Shown here piece after piece: positions 25,707-38,229 of a stretch of 64,000 nucleotides of DNA (within the stretch, counting starts at the first letter, position 1; the number at the start of each line of letters is the position of its first letter). Source of the stretch: Octopus sinensis (taxonomy: Eukaryota); the NCBI RefSeq assembly GCF_006345805.1, contig NC_043009.1, forward strand, positions 15,066,001 to 15,130,000, given 5' to 3'. The notes below the pieces were generated by a model. It had not been told where the DNA came from. It saw nothing but the letters and a program-made list of their open reading frames with translations, and searched no databases. The position numbers were made by a program, and so were the translations under genes.

Positions 25707-27279
25707 GACTGTGTTATAGAATTCCTTTTGTCTAAATGATTTCGAAAATTATCTGATCACTGATTTGAAATGCTTGCAATGCAGAACGTTTGTCAAAGGA
25801 GCAACAACATGCTAATTCTTTATTTATACATGAAAAAAAAGAACATAATAAAACGATTTTATTCAACTGCAGTATATATCGGATGATATATACTGATAGT
25901 GAAATATAATTTTATTTGAATAAAAGGAAAACAAAGAAGATATTCTCAATGAGAAATTAAATTATTGTAGCCGTTTCACATTTTTGGACTGAAATCATTG
26001 ATTGGATGTTGGGGTCGTAACCGTACAACGCTTGTATTGCATAAGTTTCAATAAGCAATCATTACTAATCACAACACCCGTTCTTTTATTCCAAGTACAT
26101 CACGCCCGAAATTGCTTTAATGCACATGTCATTCCCGCAGTTACTCATTACAAAGAAATATTAGTATCCTGAATCTCACCGAAAGGGAGGAACTAGCAGG
26201 GACATGGACACTCACTCTTCCTACATCCAGACTTTTCAAGTGAGTAAAATAGACATTTACGCGTTCATTTTCGATATATTTTCTGATCACATGTGTTCAA
26301 ATGATTTTTAAAACAATGAAAAATAGCATATAATTTCCCTGCATTGCTTTTTCAGTAGTTTTTCTTCCCCGTCATTTCACTTGTAAGTGCCATTTTATGT
26401 TTTATTTTTATTACTGAATTTTTAAATTACTCCTCAAACAAAAAGGTTAGGTTTCAAGGCATGATGCCTTACTGATACATTAATTACAACGTTTTATTGA
26501 AATGTGAAGTAGGACTGTTAAATGAAATTTACGCTCAAAATGCAGGATCAGGTTGCTCGGTTGTTTGTTCCTTATAATTAAATAACATTCGAAAAAGGTT
26601 TCCAGTTAAATTAATTGAAAAAAATTCTGATTCAATTAGAAAGTATCTCATTCAAAGTCAAATCTGTGAACTGTTAAAATGATGGGTATTCTTTTCCCAT
26701 TAACATTTGTCAATACACATCCTTATCGCTTTAAGTTGATTAAAAATCTCACAAATCTTGAGGTTTACTTTCAACTATTTGCAGAATTGAACGGTAAAAA
26801 AATATATTATTAGCTTTTGGAGATTTAAAAAATATATATATTTCAGAGTAAAACGAAAACAAAATGTATAAGATAATGAAAATAATTATTAACACGTGAA
26901 GAGGATGCATTTGAGTTTTCATTAAACGTTTGAAACAATCTTTACATGAAGCCAAATTTAAATGGAATAAAATATAAAAATTACAGAATGTTGTAAGTTA
27001 TGTAAGAATTCTAATTTAGGAATACAACTGAAGTGTTCATTCTCAACTTCAAGATTTCATTTAATATTTATTTGGCTATGTATGACATTTTTTGTAGCAA
27101 AAAGTTCACTTCTTGAAGAATAAAAATTAGGAATCAATATAAATATTCCCTCTTCTGTTCTTCTAATAAAAAGTATACGGAATAATATTGAAATCATACA
27201 TATATACACTCACACAAATATACATTCACACACCAATATACACACACATATATGTGTGTGTCTATGTGTGGGTGTTGGG

Positions 27280-27552
27280 GTCTCTCCCATCGAAATCGTT
27301 GTATGAGCGCTCAGCTTTTACCGAACGAAGTGCACAAATGAATTGTTTGTAGTGATCAACTCATTAGCTCGCCCTCGCCATCAAATCGACATTTCCTGAA
27401 CATGTGTACTTTGTGCCACGCGTCAGGTGTTGAAGTGATCGCAGAGCAATGTGAGATGAAGTGTTTTGCTTCAGAACACAATGCATCACTCGGTCTAGGA
27501 ATTGAAACCACGATCGCTAGAGTGGCACCCTAACAACTTAGTCATGTGCCCC
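27280..27552 (-). mobile_element. tRNA-derived SINE with CORE/Meta-like central domain (family E)
   Basis: gagatgaagtgttttgcttcagaacaca...ggaattgaaacc...ccctaacaacttagtc parallels the antisense MIR/CORE layout (aagtgacttgcccaaggtcacac...ggattcgaaccc). Confidence 0.6.
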
Positions 27553-28095
27553 CACACATACATAAACACACACAAACACACACAGACATACATATATGTA
27601 TACATACATAAATAAACACATATATATACATATATAAACATATACAGACATATATAGATACATATATATATATTTACTTGTATATATATATATACACGCA
27701 TATATAGATGTATATACACAGGGATATGTGTGTGTTTGTGTGTAGTAAGATTATGCAACAGTTAAAAAATGAAATAAGATATTTTCAAAGAAAATGTTCG
27801 TGAGATTACTGAGATTTCATTTCACTCACTACAGACGTTGAGAGGCAAGGAATTTCAGCAACACGCTAACTTGTAAAGCAGAGAAACTAGTGTATTTCCA
27901 TTACTTTCTCTAATTCTAATATCCTCATTCGAAAGTGAAGAACAAATTATATATAATAAAACGCCATTCTCCCTAATTTAAATTCATTGACAAAATCGCA
28001 GCTTGAATATGACATAATATTCGAACAGAAATCCAATAAAACGTATACCTCCTAGCAAATAATCTAATTAATTTTCAGTAAGAATATGCGTCTCT

Positions 28096-28154
28096 TTAAT
28101 AGCTGACCGTATCTGTGTAGGAGGTCTTTATATAGGTAGCACGTTCAAAAAATT
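28096..28154 (-). CDS. Weak candidate exon: (E)FFERATYIKTSYTDTVSY*
   Basis: Minus-strand T-run plus CAG acceptor at 28157-28155. Only the phase-1 frame stays open (18 codons). No homology recognised. Confidence 0.2.
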
Positions 28155-28331
28155 CTGAAAAAAAAAAAGAAATATATCATTATAACAGACAACAAGTGCG
28201 ACTGGATGATTATTGAATAATAATAAGGGCAACGAAGATTCATTCACTTGGTTACATATATTTTATTAATTTTCGGTTCTCCGAAGTTGCAGTATCAATA
28301 CAGAACATGCAAAATTTTTCGGAATTGCGGC

Positions 28332-28389
<58 letters not shown>

Positions 28390-30559
28390 GCATACATACG
28401 TATGTATATGTGTATGTATATATATATATATACTGAAGGAAAGGAAAGAAAATAGAGAGAATTGAATGTTAAAATATGTTGAAAAATTTCTTTTAAAAAG
28501 CTTACAATGCAAATAATTTGATTATAAGTTGAAGAGCTCAAAATTAATTTTAAAAACGTATAATCCTGTAAATATTTATGAACAAAGATATAGCTACTGA
28601 AATATTAATCATGAGATCGATGATAAGATCATTAAGAATGCAACAAGAATCGAAACAAATATTTATAGAATATTAAGAAGTTCAGTGCTAAAATTCGTCA
28701 GCACCCGGATGTTATGAAGGCGGTTAAACTATCTATGGAAATGCAATTGTGATTTTTCACAATACATAACCCTATGAATTATTTTCATCAGAAAGCAATT
28801 GTCAGAGTATCTGGAGTATCACAAGCGAATTTTCTTTTGAATTACCATTTAGGTCAAAATTTCCGTTATCCATACAGCTTAAGCAGACACTTTTGGTTAT
28901 GGAGTGGGAAATATTTGTGTCATTTATAAAACGACCAATTACATAGAAATTACAATGGAAGCGAAAATTCGTTCAATGCTTCGGTGTGGAATCAAAATAA
29001 GTTCCTTTCTCAGTTAACTTCTCTAATCAATCACTAATCCCGATAAGCTATTTATCGAATGCTTTTATATCGATCTACCATTTCCAATCTTTTAATTCAA
29101 ATTCAGGTTTCCTATTTCTACCAGATTCTTCCGATAACATTATTTAAGACATAGAAGACATACGCTGAGGGGAATTTTTTTCTTTGAAATTTAGCTTGAA
29201 TATCTAAAGAAATAAAATACAAATACTGTAACAGTGCCAAGCATTACCTGAAATATGGGTCATCTTCCTCCTTCCCTCTTTTGATCTATTAATGGAAATA
29301 AGTAAGTTTGCAAACTTTATAAGAGAGCCTTACTTTAAATAGTGATGGTTGCAATTCTTCATTCCAGTGTCTTAGCTATTTAAATCTACGTATTTTCAAC
29401 TTTCCACAGTTAAAATTTGTGGTATTCCTTTGAGATTGCTTTTATATTTAGTAAACACCAATGCTTTTGCAATTAACGACTCCTTACGCGTTTTCGCGTT
29501 TTTCAAACCTGTAACGTATAAAGAATAATTCACATTGAAAGAAAACCAAAATTGAAATCATGCACTATATAAATACGGATCTATACGAAAAGTTGTTCAG
29601 ATTATGATTAAATATATTCTAAGGTGGCAGCTTTAAAAAATTGTAGCACCATTTTCAATCGAATTCTGAGAATTGAACTCCAGTCAGCTGAAAACGCTAG
29701 CAATACATTTATATTTTCCGTGGAGAAAACTGTGTATTCACAAATAAATATTTGTTCGGCCTACAAATCAAAGTTATGACAAATAGAAGTGTATCATAAT
29801 CTTTCATTAAAAAGAATCTGTTACATATGATCCTGATCTGAGGGGCAGCACTGATTTAATTGTAGTGGCTTTCCGATACCTGTGCACACTGAAGCTACAT
29901 AAAATATCTGTTTTATATTACATTCCTCGAAATAGAATTCAATGTTTTATACGAAATAGTTACGCGGAAACAAAAACCAAATAATGCAAACAGTGTGGAT
30001 TCTAATGTCATCATTATTACATTCCCCGGGGGAGACATTAATTCGCGTGATTCTTCAGTCTCGTAAGGCGTACTGAAGAAAGAATTCATTTTCACACCAC
30101 TAATTACACTTTTTACATGGGAGAAAAGCAAGTTAGATACACCCAACCATCGGCCTTCCTCTCTTTATTTACTTATCCTTCAGCTTCCCCGTCCACATAC
30201 GCGCACATGTATGTGAACAAGGAGGGAAATACTGGGAGAGACATAGAGAGAGAAAAATGAAAGTCAGAATTGGCACAAAAGAAAAGAGAAATGGTTTTCG
30301 ATATTCTATTGAATATGTATGAAGATATGGAGCAATCTCAAGATTAATCAGCCGAAATTGCGAAGATGATCCGGTTCTTGACTGATGACTGAGGGCTTCG
30401 AATGTCCCGTCCTGTGGTTCTTGTGTCGTCTTCTAGGTGTTTCACGTTCTTGTCCCAGTTTGTATACATGTTTTAATTTTTACATATATATATGTATATA
30501 TATATATACACACTTATACAGCATAAGTGCAGAAATAAATGCTAAAACTAATTATAAAC

Positions 30560-31036
30560 TCATGAAACTTGATGAAAAATATGCTAATAAGAAAGGCAAA
30601 AGTAAAAAATCCAGTAAAACTAAAATTAATGGTATTGATAAAGATATACTTGTAAATTCTTATAATAATAGACATAATATAAATGATAAAGTAATATATA
30701 TACTCCTTGCATATATTCTGAGGAGTATAATATGGATTATGAGTGTCCGAATAAAGCAAAGTCTTTGTGGTGCATCATTCACTTTGCTAGTCAAATTAAA
30801 AATAGCATAGTCAAGTCAAATCCATTTACCGATCAATACAGAAGCATTTATGTAAAGATACATAGTATAGTGAAATTATTAATTTTAAATCTATAAGTGT
30901 TGGTCATTCCCTATGAAAATTTTTTTTTTCAATTATATCATCAATTAATAATAGAAAACTAGATACATTTTTAACAACCATAACCTTAATGAAAATGTTG
31001 GTAGGGTAAATTAAAATCGTAACTCGCTGCCTAACC

Positions 31037-31085
<49 letters not shown>

Positions 31086-31532
31086 CAACTCTAGTAATAA
31101 TAACGTTAATAAGGATTGTGATAGTGAGATTAAAAACAATACTAATTTTAACAATAATTGCAAACAAGGTAACTTACTATATTGGTGCATAGTTAAATCT
31201 GAAGGGAAGGAATACCATTACGTAGGTTCTATCGAAACTCCATTTCAACGAAGAATCACAAACTACGGAAGTTATTTAAGAAATAGACATAAAATTAATA
31301 ATACTAGTCTCAGTAAATTTATATGGATGCTAAAGGACAGTGGTAAAGAGATAAGATTAAATGGGATGTTGTAAACCATGCCATGTCTAATATTTCAGAT
31401 AGAAAATGACGCTTATGCACCGATGAGATTATTCAAATAATAAAATCTAAACACAAATTATTGAATTCTCTGAAAGAAAGTATTTTAGTTTGTTACCACC
31501 CTTCAAAATATGCATTTAGAAAATTTTATTAA
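30560..31532 (+). mobile_element. Decayed Penelope-like element, linker plus GIY-YIG endonuclease (related in type to 49534-53125)
   Basis: CKQGNLLYWCIV...YVGSIETPFQRRITNY...TSLSKFIWMLKD / IKWDVV...K*RLCTDE...LLN...E...CYH..KY parallels the endonuclease at 52150-52516. An Asn-rich (AAT)n linker lies upstream. Confidence 0.85.
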
Positions 31533-32384
31533 TTAGGTGATTAATATTAAACTGAAAACTGCTAGTATAGATATGTTACCACTACGCGGAATGCGTCTTT
31601 AGAAATAGAAATTATGAGTATTAATTGGATATAAAATAACATCTCAACGTTTGGATATTATATGCTTAAATTGATTGGTTTGGAGAAGATGCATATTTTA
31701 TTTGTAGTGATTAACCTTAATATAATTTCAGAAAATCAAATAAATTTATTAAATAGACTATAATTGCAGCCAATCATCACCATAGATATAATCTAGAAAA
31801 TTTAATAAGTATATTAAACAGAAAACAAATTAAATCTAACATTAAAAAACAGAGAAATAGTGTAATAACTATGGATCAATTTAAAAATCAGACATAAATT
31901 TAGATAATAGGAAATAACAAATATAAATACCATATTCTATATTATGATAGATAATGCTTGAATTTCATTTCAATAATAATATAGAACACGAACCTTGATA
32001 ATCTATCGGAGATTATAACTATTTGTAATTCAAGCAAGTGTATCAGCATCAATAAAAAAAAACAATACATACCACATTAAAGTATGTAGTATTTAGAGAT
32101 ATACTTAATAATAGTAATAATAGTATTGAACATTGACATCCACTAATTAACCAAATAATATGATACATTTTACTTTTAATATCATATTTAGAAAGATATA
32201 AATTAGAATTTAACTATAATTAGTATAACTCTGTATAACTGTACTTACAAACCTAACATAATATAATCTTAAATAATATACATCATGTTATGTTAGATTA
32301 TACAATACTTAAAATCAGTTTAATAATGATGATAATAAAAATATTGCGTATTGATCTCTATTGATTAACCGTATAAACATTATA

Positions 32385-32603
32385 CATTTTAAAAACACAC
32401 AGAAATCGTTAGATTCACTTCAAGATTTAAATTTAATTTGCCAAAATGTTTTCATCGCTTTGAGATCACGACCTGTTCACTGACAAAACTCCGTGCTGCA
32501 TTTGTCAGTGAACACGTCACGGTCTTAAAACGACGAAAATATTTTGGCAAGTTAAATTTAAATGTTGAAGTCAATCTAACGGTTTTTGCGTGTTTCTTAA
32601 ATG
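32385..32603. mobile_element. Fold-back (MITE-like) element, about 103-bp arms and 13-nt loop
   Basis: The arms pair along their length, e.g. ttgccaaaat...ctgttcactgacaaa / tttgtcagtgaaca...attttggcaa. Loop 32488-32500. Mismatches are mostly transitions. Confidence 0.8.
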
Positions 32604-33569
32604 GCTTATAAGTACATTCCACGATACAATTGCTTTCATTCCGACACACGATTTCAGATCAGGTCACTTGCTATGCAAGTACATCTCCATAATTATACAT
32701 TTTAATTTAGATAACAATATATATCTATCAATGAAATCAAATTTGATGAGGAAATACACCAACTAAATTTACGTAATAATTATAAATGTATAGAGTGAGC
32801 CCAAATATGAACGTTAAGTCATATGAATGTTATGTTTTTGGTCCCCCCAAGATTACAGACAGAACTTGCTTTCTATATTATGTCCACGTACAAGTTTTTT
32901 TTATCTCATTATTCCTTTTACTTTTATAGTTTATAGATATATTTTTTTACACATAATAATGTTTTCTGTACTCTACTTTCCACCCTGCATTTTCCCCTGT
33001 GCCTATAAAGGCGTGTATATGGAATCATTTGTGCGCGCGTGTGGATTGGTACGTATGTGCGGGTATGTATGTATATAGATGTGCGCATGTTTGCGGGCAT
33101 ATGAGTACATATATATATATAGACGTATTTTACTGTTTTTACATTTTTTCTGTTTTTCTTTTATTTTTATTAAGGGTATGTCCGTATATGAACGTGGTTT
33201 ACTCTTTGTATACTTCCTTATGTCTTTTTTCTGTATTGTTACACTTAACCCTGTTTTTTCTTGTGCTTGTGCGTATGTAGACGTATGTATGAACTTTTAC
33301 GGTGCGCGTGTGTGTGTGGGGGGGGGTTGTGTATATATATGCATATACATTTGGCGGAAGATGCGACTGAGGATGTGTAGGTTTTTCTAGTGATGTATGC
33401 GTACGCACGAGGGTGTGCGAGTCCACATGTGTACGTATAAACAGGCGCGCTTACGCCTTACCTTAATTAGCGGTCATTCGAATAGCGCTTTTGTCAAAAT
33501 AGCGTCAATAGCACAGTGATTTCCCTTTGCATAACGGTATTTTTTCATAGCGTTTTTCCGATGGCCGGA

Positions 33570-33626
33570 TAACTGAAGAGATGGTAGTGTGGATTTCCAC
33601 ATTGGCATCCGAAACTCAGAGTTTTA
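33570..33626 (+). ncRNA. Type-I hammerhead motif (slightly decayed) in a pLTR-like repeat
   Basis: UAA CUGAAGA GAUG.UAGUGUGGA-uu-UCCACAUUG.CAUC c GAA ACUC-a-GAGU U UUA: long stem II, stem III ACUC/GAGU, GUU triplet, stem I UAA/UUA. Confidence 0.65.
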
Positions 33627-33863
33627 GCTTGGCTACCGAATAATTGTCACATTTACAGATAAATTCCTCTATTTACATAATATTGAGGTCTCTTTCTTTC
33701 TTTTGTTATCTTACCGGTTTTACCAATATATAGATATATAGATATTTAAAGAACAGAACGTCAAAGTGAAGCACACCGCGTTTGATTGATATCTAATGAC
33801 GTAAATCAAGTGACAAACAATCCATTCTGTGTGTAAAGTTTTAATACATGAAAGAAAATTTAC

Positions 33864-33951
33864 CAACAAACATGATGAGGACAATTATCAGTCAAATGTA
33901 AATAATGTAAATAAGGTACATAATTCCTCATCTCATAAATATAGAGCTGTA
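33864..33951 (+). mobile_element. 3' fragment of SINE family D
   Basis: caacaaac.gatgaggacaa...gtcaaatgtaaataatgtaaataa..tacataattcctcatctc matches the reverse complement of 40089-40180. Confidence 0.8.
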
Positions 33952-34419
33952 TAATCATGTGTATTTGTATACACGTCTATATATTTCTACGTGAATATAT
34001 GATTTTGTGTATAAATATGCGTCTACTTGTGTGTATACGTTTGCGTCTGCACAGGCGCAATAAAATGAGCAACCGCATGCACACTCATTGTGTTTTTAAA
34101 AACACGTTAATTCGTTAATTAAAAGCATTCATTTAAAGCATTGCATGAAAGTAACATTTTCAATTATTGTTTGAACAGCAACACAATTTCATGGTTTCCA
34201 TTGTATTGAATTCATCATGTAAATAATAGTATTATCGTGACAGCGAGAAATGAAATCAAAATCGTAAGCTTGAAACAGCTGTTTGTGCACGTGTCGTCGA
34301 AGAAGGTTTTTAAACGAAACAACGTAAGTATAAGCGTTTCATTCAAACGTTCATTTCATATTTCAAACAAAAAAGATAAAAAAGTGACACTCTATTTACT
34401 GGTAATCAGAGCTTTTCAG

Positions 34420-34705
34420 ATATATATCGTCGGCTCCAGCTCATATCCGAGCATTGGGTTCGCCAGTTTCCATCCACTCTCCTTGGCTGATGTTTGTGCT
34501 GAAAGTGACTTTGGAATCCAGGTCGGTGGTGACAGTGACGTAAGCAGAATTTGCACGGGAAGGTCGCTGCAGGTCGAGGATGCTGAAGATGCCTCTTTCT
34601 TCTCCTGCGTGTTCGCTCCTCATTCTCTTGTCTGTTCTGCACGAAGGCGCTGGATCCATTGCAGATAGTAGTCCTCCATGGTAGTCTGTTCCCATTGGGA
34701 TGTCT
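34420..34705 (-). mobile_element. RTE-type LINE 3' end
   Basis: WRTTI..G...RRRRKR...FPCKFCLRHC..R.GFQSH..H is the RTE C-terminal basic plus C2H2-like motif. It is followed by a short UTR and (TA)n. Confidence 0.8.
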
Positions 34706-35214
34706 GGATGTTATATATATATATATATATTCTCAATGTATCATTTATCCAAATAAGCAGGATAACCTAAAGTACTGAACATTAAAGTATAAAAGTAAAA
34801 TAGTTAATGCCTGGTCAGTATGTGACCAATGATTTAGCACCCACGGAAGCTGTAGCTTCGTGGACGACTCATCAGATTGCAAAGGTTAGGCCTCTCATTC
34901 ACGTCTCTGAATATCTGCTCTAATGAAGATCACTCGTCCTCACTATCATCGGACTTTTCAGTCGCAGTTAAGCACCTGAATAACGATCTTAACAACTTTC
35001 CACCTCCAACAGGTGAAGAGTTAATTATGTCTTCGGACGTGAGTTTGATGCGTCGTGCACGAAGCTATGGCTTTCGCGGATTTGAAACTATAAGTCATTC
35101 TATGGACAGATATTTAATTATCTGCTTTAATATGTGTATGTATGAGTGTGTGCTAGTGTGTGTGTGTGTGCTGTGTATGTTTGTGTGTATGTGCTTGTGT
35201 GTGTGTGTATGTGC

Positions 35215-35248
<34 letters not shown>

Positions 35249-35409
35249 ATTTACATATGAAGTAAAAGCAACTGTAGTGTAATGAAGATTATCAAATACA
35301 TTTACCACTGTATATGCTTTGTATATTCTCCGGTGGCTGCAAAGGCGTAGCAGAGTATACAAATTTCACATGGACAAGCGAGATAACCCACCCTGAACCC
35401 CATTAGGAG

Positions 35410-35453
35410 TGATGGACATCGATGTTTCGCCATTTTTGGGCTTCTCAGTATCA
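35410..35453 (-). ncRNA. Type-I hammerhead motif, one core lesion
   Basis: Minus strand reads UGAUA CUGAGAA GCC-caaaaau-GGC GAA ACAUCGAUGU C CAUCA: perfect palindromic stem III, GUC triplet, stem I UGAU/AUCA. The core CUGAGAA deviates from CUGANGA. Confidence 0.65.
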
Positions 35454-36022
35454 TGCATTCACCTGGGTTGAAGGCGAGTAACTAGCCACTCCAGGACTGG
35501 TATGTTCATAGTTTGTAAAACCACGACCCGGTATGCCCAAAAATTGCATACGTAAGACTAAATTTAAATTTGAAATGAAGCTTTTACTTCAGAGGTAAAT
35601 TTTCTCTCAGGTCCGCACGAGTTGTATACAAGCCACTTCAAAAATTTACTTATATGTGAGTTAGTTGCCATTTGAATGTACAATTTAAAAAATCCTGATT
35701 GCAGTCTCGCGTAAAATGTAGTGATCTTCAAACGATCTGTCTATGAAACAGACCGCAGATACAAATGCACATCGAAACAACTTTCACACAGAAGTACAAA
35801 ACTCATATATACAAAGGTATAATAAAGGACAATATGAAATATAATGAAAGAAACAGGTGAATCCAATTACAATGTATATTAAATACAATGAGAATACATA
35901 CATACCTATACATATACCTACGGTTTCATATATACATATCGACAATTATACACGTGTTCGCAGACACACACACACATTTATAGACAAGAACACTTATCCA
36001 TACATTTATCTCTCTATCTCTC

Positions 36023-36024
<2 letters not shown>

Positions 36025-36099
<75 letters not shown>

Positions 36100-36206
36100 C
36101 AATACTTACATACATATATATATGTATATATGTATATATATATATATAAATCAATACTTACATACATACATATATATATGTATATATGTATATATATATA
36201 TGTATG

Positions 36207-36237
<31 letters not shown>

Positions 36238-36345
36238 TATATATATATACATTCATATATACATATATACATATATATATATATGTAAATATATATATAT
36301 GTATATATATATGTACTATGTAGGCGTTATGTATGTATGTATATA
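36025..36345 (+). repeat. (TA)n-rich tract with an internal duplication of aaatcaatacttacatac
   Basis: Direct reading; copies at about 36096 and 36147. Confidence 0.9.
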
Positions 36346-37532
36346 TGTATACGGACATGTAAACATACATTCATATGTATGTATGTGAATATCATAAAAG
36401 TTGAGTTAAGGTGAAAAATCAATAAGGGTGTTAGGTAAATATTAGAGCAGTGTAATTGAGAGTATGATATAGGCATAATGAGATGATGGAATATCAGGAA
36501 AAGAGAAGTGAGTGGTTGAAGGAGTAAATAGTGTTGAAATATTTCCAACCAGTACCACTTACCAATTCTGTAGATGATATCGATCACCTCAGATTTCGTA
36601 TGCGTCACTATCAGGACGAAAATCAATGCAAAAATCTTCTTTCTCTTGCTTTCTCCTTGTATGTATTTCACCACCTCTCTATTAATATATACCTCTTACT
36701 ATCTATCTATACATTTTCGTTTATGATTGTGAATTTATTTTCTTACTTGCTCACTAATATACGAGAGTTGGCGTTTGTGTCCATGTATGTGTATTTGTTT
36801 GTGTGCGCGTGTGTATATGTGCAGTGTGCATGTAGATGTGAAAAAGCTTCGTATTCTTTCCACTGTTTCGTATACAATATGTTTGCTAGCTGTTCCCATC
36901 TTTTATGCGACATGATAGTCTTTTCAGTTTTTGGCAAGGAAACTATTGACTACACGATAGAAATGCTATCCAATATATGCTTCACATATTTCAGACCTCA
37001 TCAACACACAAAACCAGATTCAAGTTATAAAAGAAATATTTTCTGTACCTGCGTCAAGATCAGTGACATTTTTATGTATTTGATACATCAACTAAACATT
37101 TTCCCAACGATGAATACTTTGTTGTTTGATTATGTACTAACTAAATGTTTCTGCATTGATTTTTGTCTTCCTTTCACATGAATTCAAGACTTTCTGTCTC
37201 TTTTAACATGTAATAGAGATTCTAAGATACATGAACATAGTTATCTAGGATGTGACACTAATTTTATTTATATATAAATATATTTCTTGTCACTGATGTC
37301 AGTAAGAATCTTATTAATTTTCATTTAGTTCTTATTTAAGCATCATCAATTACTTTAGTTATTTCCGTGATTATTGGCAATAAAGATCACTGGATCCTAT
37401 CTCTTTCTCTTTTCGTCTCTTCATTCTCTCTATCTCTCATTCTTTCTCTCTCACTTTCTCTCTGTCGGTTTATATATATGAAGATAAATCAAATATAGCT
37501 AGTTTATTTATATTACAATACTACATTAACTT

Positions 37533-37614
37533 CTATGAATATAATATATAACATAACCATAATATTATATAAATTATTATAAAAAACTGTAAAAGCCCAA
37601 CAATTGTTTCGGCT

Positions 37615-37706
<92 letters not shown>

Positions 37707-38019
37707 TGTGTGTGTGTGTGTTGTGTGTGTGTGTGTGTGTGTGTTTTCTGATATACATAATCACATATCAATTATATATAAGCCACTGCAGGGTAAATCG
37801 GTTAGTAAGACGAAACCCCGTCTGGAAAGGACGGCCGTCCGTTCTAGACGGGATTTCGTCTTCCTGAACCGATTTACACTGAAGTGGCTTATATATAACT
37901 GAACTGTATATCAAAAAACATATATATATATAAGCCGAAACAATTTGTTCGGCTTTTTACGGTTTTTATAATTATTTATATAATATTGTTATGTTTTATG
38001 TTATATATTATATCCATAG
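37533..38019. mobile_element. Head-to-head inverted duplication of a PLE-type repeat, with a central loopless palindrome of about 125 bp and two HHR-like motifs
   Basis: Centre ggacgg|ccgtcc at 37834/37835. Inner arms 37773-37897 differ at about 6 positions. Outer arms (37533-37625 and 37921-38019) also match. Each half reads CUG(A/C)AGU GGCUUA...(TA)n...UAAGCC GAAACAAUU. Confidence 0.88.
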
Positions 38020-38229
38020 TATTTAATCCCTCGACCAAGTTTGCATATATGTGGCTGATAACAGGTATAAGACTTGGAAGGCAGCTCCTTGAGCAACATA
38101 CCTTGTCTGATAACCTAAAATACATGCATGCCAAAGAAGTCACACGACTCTATCGCAATGCATCATCAGATGAAAAGATGAGCCTGTATGAATAGAAGAT
38201 TACGCATGGATATGTTAGCAGAAGCCTAA

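Noticed and set aside
30245-30480. pLTR-like repeat upstream of the PLE remnant, with ctgatga and gaaa words
   Set aside because: The words are in the wrong order with no pairing stems, so no hammerhead could be folded and no boundaries could be supported.
35857-36388. Long ORFs rich in Y/I/H/T/V/C/L here and at many other microsatellites
   Set aside because: They are translations of (TA)n, (CA)n, (TAGA)n and trinucleotide repeats that lack stops in some frames.
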